This document shows positions 37,389 to 51,500 of a DNA stretch of 64,000 bases, in pieces. The position numbers were made by a program, and so were the translations under genes. Below the pieces are notes generated by a model. The model saw nothing but the letters and a program-made list of their open reading frames with translations, was not told the DNA's origin and ran no database searches. Numbering within the stretch: position 1 is the stretch's first letter; every line of letters begins with the position of its first letter. Source of the stretch: Anthoceros angustus (lineage: Eukaryota > Plantae > Anthocerotophyta); NCBI GenBank assembly GCA_010909165.1, contig MU008158.1:575252-639251 (forward strand), written 5' to 3'.

Positions 37389-38072
37389 CTAAATCCGGTT
37401 GGTTACATAGGACTTTGAGGCTCCTTGGCTTCCGTGAATAGAGTATTTCAACTGAGTTTTATAGCTAGTGACCACGAAGCAGGTTAATGCAATTGTAATG
37501 ACTTCCTCCGTCGTACCATATGGTGATGGTACGTGAATCATTCTTGCGCGCTTTGGTGGGCTCATACGTCTGCGGGGCATGACACCGCCTCGCCTCCACA
37601 TAAATGCGGATGGGTCGGTGTAGAACCTGCTAGCATCGATCTCGAGTTCGCCGCCCCACTCCGTGCTCCTCTTCATCCTTTTGACATAGTCGGTGAAGTC
37701 CCCTTCGACTACATCCTCGTAAGTCCGCTTTGTCTTTCCAACTCGGCAACGGCCGGAGGACGCCCGCCACACGCCTGCCTCGTCATCCAACGGTGGTTTC
37801 AACCATGGAAGTTTGAGGCTGCCACGGAGCGGAATAGGCACTTGCCGTCCCAACGCGCCCAACTTCGTACTCATCTTGTTTGAGTATCCGAGTTCCTTTA
37901 GGTGCTACAAAGGGACCAAAAATAGTTGTCGGCGCCGTCTTTTCACGCTTGTTCACTACTTTTGATGGTGTACATGTGTCGCGTGTCTTTGTTCTCTTGC
38001 ACGTTTTGCCGCCTCCACCTTGGGCGATGCATCCAAGTCCCATAGTTTGCGTTTAACCCCAACGCGCCTCAT
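37389..38072 (-). CDS. OTU-family cysteine protease/deubiquitinase-like ORF, copy 1 of 10; other ATGs at about 40268, 42455, 44630, 46955, 49129, 51284, 53460, 55634 and 57825
   Basis: Pieces assembled across frames and copies: DGKCLFRSVA, ETQGRVAGVLR.RAVAELERQRRTYEDVVEGDFTDYVKRMKRSTEWGGELEITMLA.VLHRPIRIY, GGVMPLQTY, TITIWYDGGSHYNCI. No single copy is open as assembled. Confidence 0.75.
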
Positions 38073-38172
38073 CGATTCTCTTGAGTCGCAAGACTAGCTG
38101 CAATTTGTCTCTCAAGCTTTCAATGTTGCCAAGTCAAGAAAAACTTTGTGCCTAGTTTTAGAACCGGGGCCC

Positions 38173-38180
38173 TACTTATA
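38173..38180 (-). promoter_or_regulatory. TATA-like element (TATAAGTA) about 100 bp upstream of the OTU ATG, present in every unit
   Basis: Plus strand tacttata in ggggccctacttatacctttg; position fits a core promoter. Confidence 0.35.
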
Positions 38181-38734
38181 CCTTTGAGCTATAACGAACG
38201 CACCATGCTCCAAGGAGAAACATGTCCTTGACCTTCGACACATGTAGTTTTATTTAGAGAATGTCGACACATGTGATTTGGGGCATGAGAGGAAAAATCC
38301 GGGATCGGAAAATTAATGCACCAAATTCTCTAGAAAAGCGACAAAGCTTGCAGCAGTGACGCTCAATAGTAGTGACCGTTGAGACTTCTTGCGGGGCTTG
38401 TTGGGTCAGATTGACAAAACTCTATTGCAAGTGTTTTGTGTCCGGCGATTTAGATCGATCTTGCTCCACACGCATGTTACTCCGCCTCCTTTGATCATGA
38501 CCTCATCCCGGGGTGGCATGTCGGGATTGTTTTGTCCTGTGAGTCATGACGCGTGAGTGTCGCATCCCGGAGTGGTGCGTCCGTGCGTCGGTTGTTCCGT
38601 TCACAATGTGGACTTAGTGGATGGGTGGACTTGCCTTTAGGCATTAATTACGAGGCCTACAAAGATTTAACACTGGTCATCTTAGCTCTAGATGACGCTA
38701 CGAGTTTGGTTTCGCATAATATTTAGTCCTAAGT

Positions 38735-39559
38735 ATGGACATCATGCCCGCTCCTCTCACCCATCCACTCTTCCCAACCTTCCTCATCTCCATTGACACA
38801 CGTGAAACCTTTGGTGCGCTTGCTTGGGAAGTCTTCAAAATCCGCAACCTCTTGACTACGGCGATGCATATGACTCCACGGAAGTTCCATCGTAGCTGCG
38901 GTCAGCATGCGAAAGATTGGTATCAAAACCACGCGAGGCGTACTCGTGCACGCGCGCATGCATGATTACCACGACTCGTGTTTGCATGTGATCATCATTG
39001 TGATCTCTATGCTCGTGCCTCGTAAGCGGCGGTGGCCGTTTGGAACATGGGGAACAATGGTCTCCCTTGCGGACATCCGGTGATCGCACAATTGTAGATT
39101 CGTGTGAATTCCTAACTCATTGCGGTTGGATGTGCAACGATCGCAAATGATGCGCTTTACAATGCAATGCTTTTACTCTATCGTCACTGCCTACCTATGT
39201 ACTACAAAGTGAGACCAAGGTCCAAGGAAGAAAAAAATGAACCAATCAACGGTATAACTTACGATATTTCAAGGCCCAAGAAGATATCCTCCACGATTGC
39301 TTGCGGCTTAATTGTTTGAATCACTTTGTGTTGCTGAAGTTTGCAATTGCCCGTCGATGCCACTCGGGTGAGTTTAGGTGTACACCATCCCGGAGTGCCG
39401 ATGTGCGCAAGTGTCCCGTCCGGAGGAGTTGTGTATCGCGAGTGTTCCGTCAAGGAATCTTGGCGCACGCAACCGTGCCATCCCGGGACTCTCGTGTACA
39501 TGATCCCTAGGACTCGACGCACGAGTGGAACGATAACTTTGAAGAAGGTTTTGACATAA
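38735..39559 (+). pseudogene. Second, convergent ORF-like region of the repeat unit, unknown family, with three in-frame stops; one per unit
   Basis: MDIMPAPLTHPLFPTFLISIDTRETFGALAWEVFKIRNLL...KDWYQNHARNVLVHAHA*LPRLVFACDHHCDLYARAS*AAVAVWNMGNNGLPCGHPVIAQL*IREFLTHCGWMCNVANDALYNAMLLLYRH...; ends about 24 bp from the OTU stop. Confidence 0.4.
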
Positions 39560-42500
39560 CGTATAAAAATATGGATTATCTAGCTAAATCCGGTTGGTTA
39601 CATAGGACTTTGAGGCTCCTTGGCTTCCGTGAATAGAGTATTTCAACCGAGTTTTATAGCTAGTGACCATGAAGCGAGTTAATGCAATTGTAATGACTTC
39701 CTCCGTCGTACCATATGGTGATGGTACGTGAATCATTCTTCGCGCTTTGGTGGGCTCATACGTCTGCGGGGCATGACACCGCCTCGCACTCCACATAAAT
39801 GCGGATGGGTCGGTGTAGAACCTGCTAGCATCGATCTCGAGTTCGCCGCCCCACTCCGTGCTCCTCTTCATCCTTTTGACATAGTCGGTGAAGTCCCCTT
39901 CGACTACATCCTCGTAAGTCCGCCTTTGTCTTTCCAACTCGGCAGCCCGGCCGGAGGACGCCCGCCACACGCCCTTGCGTCTCGTCATCCAACGGTGGTT
40001 TCAACCATGGAAGTTTGAGGCTGCCACGAGCGGAATAGGCACTTGCCGTCCCCAACGCGCCCAACCGTACTCATCTTGTTTGAGTATCCGAGTTCCTTTA
40101 GGTGCTACAAAGGGACCAAAAATAGTTGTCGGCGTCTTTTCACGCTTGTTCACTACTTTTGATGGTGTACATGTGTCGCGTGTCTTTGTTCTCTTGCACG
40201 TTTTTGCCGCCTCCACCTTGGGCGATGCATCCAAGTCCCATAGTTTGCGTTTAACCCCAACGCCTCATCGATTCTCTTGAGTCGCAAGACTAGCTGCAAT
40301 TTGTCTCTCAAGCTTTCAATGTTGCCAAGTCAAGAAAAACTTTGTGCCTAGTTTTAGAACCGGGGCCCTACTTATACCTTTGAGCTATAACGAACGCACC
40401 ATGCTCCAAGGAGAAACATGTCCTTGACCTTGACACATGTAGTTTTATTTAGAGAATGTCGACACATGTGATTTGGGGCATGAGAGGAAAAATCCGGATC
40501 GGAAAATTAATGCACCAAATTCTCTAGAAAGCGACAAAGCTTGCAGCGGTGACGCTCAATAGTAGTGAGCGTTGAGACTTCTTGGGCTTGTTGGGTCGAT
40601 TGACAAAACTCTATTGCAAGTGTTTTGTGTCCGCGATTTAGATCGATCTTGCTCCACACGCATGTTACTCCGCCTCCTTTGATCATGACCTCATCCGGGG
40701 TGGCATGTCGGGATTGTTTTGTCCTGTGAGTCATGACGCGTGAGTGTCGATCCCGGAGTGGTGCGTCTGCGTGCGGTTGTTCCGTTCACAATGTGGACTT
40801 AGTGGATGGGTGGACTTGCCTTTAGGCATTAATTACGTAGGCCTACAAAGATTTAACATCGGTCATCTTAGCTCTAGATGACGCTACGAGTTTGGTTTCG
40901 CATAATATTTAGTCCTGTTAAGTATGGACATCATGCCCGCCTCCTCTCGCCCATCCACTCTTCCCAACCTTCCTCATCTCCATTGACACACGTGAAACCT
41001 TTGGTGCGCTTGCTTGGGAAGTCTTCAAAATCCGCAACCTCTTGACTACGGCGATGCATATGACTCCACGGAAGTTCCATCGTAGCATGCGATCAGCTCG
41101 AAGATTGGTATCAAAACCACGCGAGGAACGTACTCGCGCGCATGCATGATTACCACGACTCGTGTTTGCATGTGATCATCATTGTGATCTCTATGCTCGT
41201 GCCTCGTGGCGGTGGCCGTTTGGAACATGGGGAACAATGGTCTCCCTTGCGGACATCCGGTGATCGCACAATTGTAGATTCGTGTGAATTCCTAACTCAT
41301 TGCGGTTGGATGTGCAACGTCGCAAATGATGCGCTTTACAATGCAATGCTTTTACTCTATCGTCACTGCCTACCTATGTACTACAAAGTGAGACCAAGGT
41401 CCAAGGAAGAAAAAAATGAACCAATCATCGGTATAACTTACGATATTTCAAGGCCCAAGAAGATATCCTCCACGATTGCTTGCGGCTTAATTGTTTGAAT
41501 CACTTTGTGTTGCTGAAGTTTGCAATTGCCGTCGATGCCACTCGGGTGAGTTTAGGTGTACACCATCCGGAGTCTTGATGTGCGCAAGTGTCCCGTCCAG
41601 AGGAGTTGTGTATCGCGAGTGTTCCGCCCAAGGAATCTTGGCGCGCAACGTGCCATCCCGGGACTCTCGTGTACATGATCCCTAGGACTCGACGCGCACG
41701 AGTGGAACGATAACTTTGAAGAAGGTTTTGACATAACGTATAAAAATATGGATTATCTAGCTAAACCGGTTGGTTACATAGGACTTTGAGGCTCCTTGGC
41801 TTCCGTGAATAGAGTATTTCAACCGAGTTTTATAGCTAGTGACCATGAAGCGAGTTAATGCAATTGTAATGACTTCCTCCGTCGTACCATATGGTGATGG
41901 TACGTGAATCATTCTTGCGCGCTTTGGTGGGCTCATATGTCTGCAGGGGCATGACACCGCCTCGCACTCCACATAAATGCGGATGGGTCGGTGTAGAACT
42001 GTGCAGCATCGTGATCTCGAGTTCGCCGCCCCACTCCGTGCTCCTCTTCATCCTTTTGACATAGTCGGTGAAGTCCCCTTGACTACATCCTCGTAAGTCC
42101 GCCTTTGTCTTTCCAACTCGGCAACAGCCCGGCCGGAGGACGCCCGCCACACGCCTTGCGTCTCGTCATCCAACGGTGGTTTCAACCATGGAAGTTTGAG
42201 GCTGCCACGGAGCGGAATAGGCACTTGCCGTCCCCCAACGCCCAACTTCGTACTCATCTTGTTTGAGTATCCGAGTTCCTTTAGGTGCTACAAAGGGACC
42301 AAAAATAGTTGTCGGCGCCGTCTTTTCACGCTTGTTCACTACTTTTGATGGTGTACATGTGTCGCGTGTCTTTGTTCTCTTGCACGTTTTGCCGCCTCCA
42401 CCTTGGGCGATGCATCCAAGTCCCATAGTTTGCGTTTAACCCCAACGCGCCTCATCGATTCTCTTGAGTCGCAAGACTAGCTGCAATTTGTCTCTCAAGC

Positions 42501-45500
42501 TTTCAATGTTGCCAAGTCAAGAAAAACTTTGTGCCTAGTTTTAGAACCGGGGCCCTACTTATACCTTTGAGCTATAACGAACGCACCATGCTCCAAGGAG
42601 AAACATGTCCTTGACCTTCGACACATGTAGTTTTATTTAGAGAATGTCGACACATGTGATTTGGGGCATGAGAGGAAAAATCCGGGATCGGAAAATTAAT
42701 GCACCAAATTCTCTAGAAAAGCGACAAAGCTTGCGTGATGACGCTCAATAGTAGTGAGCGTTGAGACTTCTTGGGCTTGTTGTCGATTGACAAAACTCTA
42801 TTGCAAGTGTTTTGTGTCCGGCGATTTAGATCGATCTTGCTCCACACGCATGTTACTCCGCCTCCTTTGATCATGACCTCATCCCGGTGTGGCATGTCGG
42901 GATTGTTTTGTCCGAGTCATGACGCGTGAGTGTCGCATCCCGGAGTGGTGCGTCGTGCGTCGTTGTTCCGTTCACAATGTGGACTTAGTGGATGGGTGGA
43001 CTTGCCTTTAGGCATTAATTACGAGGCCTACAAAGATTTAACACTGGTCATCTTAGCTCTAGATGACGCTACGAGTTTGGTTTCGCATAATATTTAGTCC
43101 TGTTAAGTATGGACATCATGCCCGCTCCTCTCACCCATCCACTCTTCCCAACCTTCCTCATCTCCATTGACACACGTGAAACCTTTGTGCGATTGCTTGG
43201 GAAGTCTTCAAAATCCGCAACCTCTTGACTACGGCGATGCATATGACTCCACGGAAGTTCCATCGTCGGTCAATCGCTCGAAGATTGGTATCAAAACCAC
43301 GCGAGGCGTACTCCGTGCAGCGCATGCATGATTACCACGACTCGTGTTTGCATGTGATCATCATTGTGATCTCTATGCTCGTGCCTCGTAAGCGGCGGTG
43401 GCCGTTTGGAACATGGGGAACAATGGTCTCCCTTGCGGACATCCGGTGATCGCACAATTGTAGATTCGTGTGAATTCTAACTCATTGCGGTTGGATGTGC
43501 AACGTCGCAAATGATGCGCTTTACAATGCAATGCTTTTACTCTATCGTCACCTGCCTACCTATGTACTACAAAGTGAGACCAAGGTCCAAGGAAGAAAAA
43601 AATGAACCAATCGTATAACTTACGATATTTCAAGGCCCAAGAAGATATCCTCCACGATTGCTTGCGGCTTAATTGTTTGAATCACTTTGTGTTGCTGAAG
43701 TTTGCAATTGCCCGTCGATGCCACTCGGGTGAGTTTAGGGTGTACACCATCCCGGAGTCTTGATGTGCGCAAGTGTCCCGCCCAGAGGAGTTGTGTATCG
43801 CGAGTGTTCCGTCAAGGAATCTTGGCGACGCAACTGCCATCCGGGACTCGTGTACATGATCCCTAGGACTCGACGCCGCAGTGGAACGATAACTTTGAAG
43901 AAGGTTTTGACATAACGTATAAAAATATGGATTATCTAGCTAAATCCGGTTGGTTACATAGGACTTTGAGGCTCCTTGGCTTCCGTGAATAGAGTATTTC
44001 AACCGAGTTTTATAGCTAGTGACCATGAAGCGTGTTAATGCAATTGTAATGACTTCCTCCGTCGTACCATATGGTGATGGTACGTGAATCATTCTTGCGC
44101 GCTTTGGTGGGCTCATACGTCTAGGGCATGACACCGCCTCGCACTCCACATAAATGCGGATGGGTCGGTGTAGAACTGTGGCAGCATCGTGATCTCGAGT
44201 TCGCCGCCCCACTCCGTGCTCCTCTTCATCCTTTTGACATAGTCGGTGAAGTCCCTTCGACTACATCCTCGTAAGTCCGCTTTGTCTTTCCAACTCGGCA
44301 ACAGCCCGGCCGGAGGACGCCCGCCACACGCCTTGCGTCGTCATCCAACGGTGGTTTGAACCATGGAAGTTTGAGGCTGCCACGAGCGGAATAGGCACTT
44401 GCCTCGCAACGCGCCCAACTTCGTACTCATCTTGTTTGAGTATCCGAGTTCCTTTAGGTGCTACAAAGGGACCAAAAATAGTTGTCGGCGCCGTCTTTTC
44501 ACGCTTGTTCACTACTTTTGATGGTGTACATGTGTCGCGTGTCTTTGTTCTCTTGCACGCTTTTTGCCGCCTCCACCTTGGGCGATGCATCCAAGTCCCA
44601 TAGTTTGCGTTTAACCCCAACGCGCCTCATCGATTCTCTTGAGTCGCAAGACTAGCTGCAATTTGTCTCTCAAGCTTTCAATGTTGCCAAGTCAAGAAAA
44701 ACTTTGTGCCTAGTTTTAGAACCGGGGCCCTACTTATACCTTTGAGCTATAACGCACCATGCTCCAAGGAGAAACATGTCCTTGACCTTCGACACATGTA
44801 GTTTTATTTAGAGAATGTCGACACATGTGATTTGGGGCATGAGAGGAAAAATCCGGATCGGAAAATTAATGCACCAAATTCTCTAGAAAGCGACAAAGCT
44901 TGCAGTTGACGCTCAATAGTAGTGAGCGTTGAGACTTCTTGCGGCTTGTTGGGTCGATTGACAAAACTCTATTGCAAGTGTTTTGTGTCCGCGATTTAGA
45001 TCGATCTTGCTCCACACGCATGTTACTCCGCCTCCTTTGATCATGACCTCATCCCGGAGTGGCATGTCGGGATTGTTTTGTCCTGTGAGTCATGACGCGT
45101 GAGTGTCGATCCCGGAGTGGTGCGTCCGTGCGTCTTGTTGTTCCGTTCACAATGTGGACTTAGTGGATGGGTGGACTTGCCTTTAGGCATTAATTACGTA
45201 GGCCTACAAAGATTTAACATCGGTCATCTTAGCTCTAGATGACGCCAGCGTGAGTGTCGCATCCCGGAGTGGTGCGTCCGTGCGTCTTGTTGTTCCGTTC
45301 ACAATGTGGACTTAGTGGATGGGTGGACTTGCCTTTAGGCATTAATTACGTAGGCCTACAAAGATTTAACATCGGTCATCTTAGCTCTAGATGACGCTAC
45401 GAGTTTGGTTTCGCATAATATTTAGTCCTGTTAAGTATGGACATCATGCCCGCTCCTCTCATCCACTCTTCCCAACCTTCCTCATCTCCATTGACACACG

Positions 45501-48500
45501 TGAAACCTTTGGTGCGCTTGCTTGGGAAGTCTTCAAAATCCGCAACCTCTTGACTACGGCGATGCATATGACTCACGGAAGTTCCATCGTAGCAGCAGCA
45601 ACGCTCGAAAGATTGGTATCAAAACCACGCGAGGAACGACCGCGCACGCGCATGCATGATTACCACGACTCGTGTTTGCATGTGATCATCATTGTGATCT
45701 CTATGCTCGTGCCTCGTAAGCGGCGGTGGCCGTTTGGAACATGGGGAACAATGGTCTCCCTTGCGACATCCGTGATATCGCACAATTGTAGATTCGTGAA
45801 TTCCTAACTCATTGCGGTTGGATGTGCAACGTCGCAAATGATGCGCTTTACAATGCAATGCTTTTACTCTATCGTCACCGCCTACCTATGTACTACAAAG
45901 TGAGACCAAGGTCCAAGGAAGAAAAAAATGAACCAATCATCGGTATAACTTACGATATTTCAAGGCCCAAGAAGATATCCTCCACGATTGCTTGCGGCTT
46001 AATTGTTTGAATCACTTTGTGTTGCTGAAGTTTGCAATTGCCCGCCGATGCCACTCGGTGAGTTTAGGTGTACACCATCCCGGAGGCCGATGTGCGCAAG
46101 TGTCCCGCCCAGGAGGAGTTGTGTATCGCGAGTGTTCCGCCCAAGGAATCTTGGCGCACGCAACCGTGCCATCCCGGACTCTCGTGTACATGATCCCTAG
46201 GACTCGACGCGCACGAGTGGAACGATAACTTTGAAGAAGGTTTTGACATAACGATAAAAATATGGATTATCTAGCTAAATCCGGTTGGTTACATAGGACT
46301 TTGAGGCTCCTTGGCTTCCGTGAATAGAGTATTTCAACCGAGTTTTATAGCTAGTGACCATGAAGCGAGTTAATGCAATTGTAATGACTTCCTCCGTACC
46401 ATATGGTGATGGTACGTGAATCATTCTTCGCGCTTTGGTGGGCTCATCGTCTAGGGCATGACACCGCCTCGCACTCCACATAAATGCGGATGGGTCGGTG
46501 TAGAACTGCTAGCATCGATCTCGAGTTCGCCGCCCACTCCGTGCTCCTCTTCATCCTTTTGACATAGTCGGTGAAGTCCCCTTCGACTACATCCTCGTAA
46601 GTCCGCTTTGTCTTTCCAACTCGAACAGCCCGGCCGAGGACGCCCCGCCACACGCCTTGCCTCGTCATCCAACGGTGGTTTCAACCATGGAAGTTTGAGG
46701 CTGCCACGAGCGGAATAGGCACTTGCCGTCCTCGCAACGCGCCCAACTGTACTCATCTTGTTTGAGTATCCGAGTTCCTTTAGGTGCTACAAAGGGACCA
46801 AAAATAGTTGTCGGCGCCGTCTTTTCACGCTTGTTCACTACTTTTGATGGTGTACATGTGTCGCGTGTCTTTGTTCTCTTGCACGCTTTTGCCGCCTCCA
46901 CCTTGGGCGATGCATCCAAGTCCCATAGTTTGCGTTTAACCCCAACGCGCCTCATCGATTCTCTTGAGTCGCAAGACTAGCTGCAATTTGTCTCTCAAGC
47001 TTTCAATGTTGCCAAGTCAAGAAAAACTTTGTGCCTAGTTTTAGAACCGGGGCCCTACTTATACCTTTGAGCTATAACGAACGCACCATGCTCCAAGGAG
47101 AAACATGTCCTTGACCTTCGACACATGTAGTTTTATTTAGAGAATGTCGACACATGTGATTTGGGGCATGAGAGGAAAAATCCGGATCGGAAAATTAATG
47201 CACCAAATTCTAGAAAGCGACAAAGCTTGCAGTTGACGCTCAATAGTAGTGAGCGTTGAGACTTCTATGGGCTTGTTGGTCGATTGACAAAACTCTATTG
47301 CAAGTGTTTTGTGTCCGCGATTTAGATCGATCTTGCTCCACACGCATGTTACTCCGCCTCCTTTGATCATGACCTCATCCTGTGGTGGCATGTCGGGATT
47401 GTTTTGTCCGAGTCATGACGCGTGAGTGTCGATCCCGGAGTGGTGCGTCCGTGCGTCTTGTTGTTCCGTTCACAATGTGGACTTAGTGGATGGGTGGACT
47501 TGCCTTTAGGCATTAATTACGTAGGCCTACAAAGATTTAACATCGGTCATCTTAGCTCTAGATGACGCTACGAGTTTGGTTTCGCATAATATTTAGTCCT
47601 GCTAAGTATGGACATCATGCCCGCTCCTCTCACCATCCACTCTTCCCAACCTTCCTCATCTCCATTGACACACGTGAAACCTTTGGTGCGCTTGCTTGGG
47701 AAGTCTTCAAAATCAACCTCTTGACTACGGCGATGCATATGACTCCACGGAAGTTCCATCGTAGCAACGCGTCATTTGTCGAAAGATTGGTATCAAAACC
47801 ACGCGAGGCGTACTCGTGCACGCGCATGCATGATTACCACGACTCGTGTTTGCATGTGATCATCATTGTGATCTCTATGCTCGTGCCTCGTAAGCGGCGG
47901 TGGCCGTTTGGAACATGGGGAACAATGGTCTCCCTTGCGGACATCCGGTGATCGCACAATTGTAGATTCGTGTGAATTCCTAACTCATTGCGGTTGGATG
48001 TGCAACGATCGCAAATGATGCGCTTTACAATGCAATGCTTTTACTCTATCGTCACCGCCTACCTATGTACTACAAAGTGAGACCAAGGTCCAAGGAAGAA
48101 AAAAATGAACCAATCAACGGTATAACTTACGATATTTCAAGGCCCAAGAAGATATCCTCCACGATTGCTTGCGGCTTAATTGTTTGAATCACTTTGTGTT
48201 GCTGAAGTTTGCAATTGCCGTCGATGCCACTCGGGTGAGTTTAGGTGTACACCATCCCGGAGTCTTGATGTGCGCAAGTGTCCCGGAGGAGTTGTGTATC
48301 GCGAGTGTTCCGCCCAAGGAATCTTGGCGCACGCAACCGTGCCATCCCGGACTCTCGTGTACATGATCCCTAGGACTCGGCGCCGCAGTGGAACGATAAC
48401 TTTGAAGAAGGTTTTGACATAACGATAAAAATATGGATTATCTAGCTAAATCCGGTTGGTTACATAGGACTTTGAGGCTCCTTGGCTTCCGTGAATAGAG

Positions 48501-51500
48501 TATTTCAACCGAGTTTTATAGCTAGTGACCATGAAGCAGTTAATGCAATTGTAATGACTTCCTCCGTCGTACCATATGGTGATGGTACGTGAATCATTCT
48601 TCTGCGCGCTTTGGTGGGCTCATACGTCTGCGGGGCATGACACCGCCTCGCACTCCACATAAATGCGGATGGGTCGGTGTAGAACTGCTAGCATCGATCT
48701 CGAGTTCGCCGCCCACTCCGTGCTCCTCTTCATCCTTTTGACATAGTCGGTGAAGTCCCCTCGACTACATCCTCGTAAGTCCGCTTTGTCTTTCCAACTC
48801 GGCCCGGCCGGAGGACGCCCGCCACACGCCCTGCGCCTCGTCATCCAACGGTGGTTTCAACCATGGAAGTTTGAGGCTGCCACGAGCGGAATAGGCACTT
48901 GCCGCCCCCGCAACGCGCCCAACCGTACTCATCTTGTTTGAGTATCCGAGTTCCTTTAGGTGCTACAAAGGGACCAAAAATAGTTGTCGGCGCCGTCTTT
49001 TCACGCTTGTTCACTACTTTTGATGGTGTACATGTGTCGCGTGTCTTTGTTCTCTTGCACGCTTTTGCCGCCTCCACCTTGGGCGATGCATCCAAGTCCC
49101 ATAGTTTGCGTTTAACCCCAACGCCTCATCGATTCTCTTGAGTCGCAAGACTAGCTGCAATTTGTCTCTCAAGCTTTCAATGTTGCCAAGTCAAGAAAAA
49201 CTTTGTGCCTAGTTTTAGAACCGGGGCCCTACTTATACCTTTGAGCTATAACGCACCATGCTCCAAGGAGAAACATGTCCTTGACCTTCGACATGTAGTT
49301 TTATTTAGAGAATGTCGACACATGTGATTTGGGGCATGAGAGGAAAAATCCGGATCGGAAAATTAATGCACCAAATTCTCTAGAAAAGCGACAAAGCTTG
49401 CAGCAGTTGACGCCAATAGTAGTGAGCGTTGAGACTTCTTGGGCTTGTTGGTCGATTGACAAAACTCTATTGCAAGTGTTTTGTGTCCGCGATTTAGATC
49501 GATCTTGCTCCACACGCATGTTACTCCGCCTCCTTTGATCATGACCTCATCCGGGGGTCATGTCGGGATTGTTTTGTCCGAGTCATGACGCGTGAGTGTC
49601 GCATCCCGGAGTGGTGCGTCCGTGCGTGCGGTTGTTCCGTTCACAATGTGGACTTAGTGGATGGGTGGACTTGCCTTTAGGCATTAATTACGAGGCCTAC
49701 AAAGATTTAACATCGGTCATCTTAGCTCTAGATGACGCTACGAGTTTGGTTTCGCATAATATTTAGTCCTAAGTATGGACATCATGCCCGCTCCTCTCAT
49801 CCACTCTTCCCAACCTTCCTCATCTCCATTGACACGTGAAACCTTTGGTGCGCTTGCTTGGGAAGTCTTCAAAATCCGCAACCTCTTGACTACGGCGATG
49901 CATATGACTCCACGGAAGTTCCATCGTGTAGCCGTCAACGTCAAGATTGGTATCAAAACCACGCGAGGAACGTACTCGTGCACGCCGCATGCATGATTAC
50001 CACGACTCGTGTTTGCATGTGATCATCATTGTGATCTCTATGCTCGCGTAAGCGGCGGTGGCCGCTTGGAACATGGGGAACAATGGTCTCCCTTGCACAT
50101 CCGTGATATCGCACAATTGTAGATTCGTGAATTCCTAACTCATTGCGTTGGATGTGCAACGATCGCAAATGATGCGCTTTACAATGCAATGCTTTTACTC
50201 TATCGTCACTGCCTACCTATGTACTACAAAGTGAGACCAAGGTCCAAGGAAGAAAAAAATGAACCAATCATCGGTATAACTTACGATATTTCAAGGCCCA
50301 AGAAGATATCCTCCACGATTGCTTGCGGCTTAATTGTTTGAATCACTTTGTGTTGCTGAAGTTTGCAATTGCCCGCCGATGCCACTCGGGTGAGTTTAGG
50401 TGTACACCATCCCGGAGTCGATGTGCGCAAGTGTCCCGTCCGAGGAGTTGTGTATCGCGAGTGTTCCGTCAAGGAATCTTGGCGCACGCAACCGTGCCAT
50501 CCCGGGACTCTCGTGTACATGATCCCTAGGACTCGACGCCACGAGTGGAACGATAACTTTGAAGAAGGTTTTGACATAACGATAAAAATATGGATTATCT
50601 AGCTAAATCCGGTTGGTTACATAGGACTTTGAGGCTCCTTGGCTTCCGTGAATAGAGTATTTCAACGAGTTTTATAGCTAGTGACCATGAAGCGTTAATG
50701 CAATTGTAATGACTTCCTCCGTCGTACCATATGGTGATGGTACGTGAATCATTCTTGCGCGCTTTGGTGGGCTCATACGTCTGCGGGGCATGACACCGCC
50801 TCGCACTCCACATAAATGCGGATGGGTGTGTAGAACTGCTAGCATCGGATCTCGAGTTCGCCGCCCCACTCCGTGCTCCTCTTCATCCTTTTGACATAGT
50901 CGGTGAAGTCCCCTTCGACTACATCCTCGTAAGTCCGCCTTTGTCTTTCCAACTCGGCAACAGCCCGGCCGGAGGACGCCCGCCACACGCCTGCGCCTCG
51001 TCATCCAACGGTGGTTTCAACCATGGAAGTTTGAGGCTGCCACGAGCGGAATAGGCACTTGCCGTCCCAACGCGCCCAACTTACTCATCTTGTTTGAGTA
51101 TCCGAGTTCCTTTAGGTGCTACAAAGGGACCAAAAATAGTTGTCGGCGCCGTCTTTTCACGCTTGTTCACTACTTTTGATGGTGTACATGTGTCGCGTGT
51201 CTTTGTTCTCTTGCACGTTTTGCCGCCTCCACCTTGGGCGATGCATCCAAGTCCCATAGTTTGCGTTTAACCCCAACGCCTCATCGATTCTCTTGAGTCG
51301 CAAGACTAGCTGCAATTTGTCTCTCAAGCTTTCAATGTTGCCAAGTCAAGAAAAACTTTGTGCCTAGTTTTAGAACCGGGGCCCTACTTATACCTTTGAG
51401 CTATAACGAACGCACCATGCTCCAAGGAGAAACATGTCCTTGACCTTCGACATGTAGTTTTATTTAGAGAATGTCGACACATGTGATTTGGGGCATGAGA

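Noticed and set aside
47831-47965. Idea that stops in the second array ORF are fixed by U-to-C editing or an alternative genetic code
   Set aside because: U-to-C editing is organellar, neighbouring nuclear genes use TAA and TAG as normal stops, and every stop trivially reverts by T>C.
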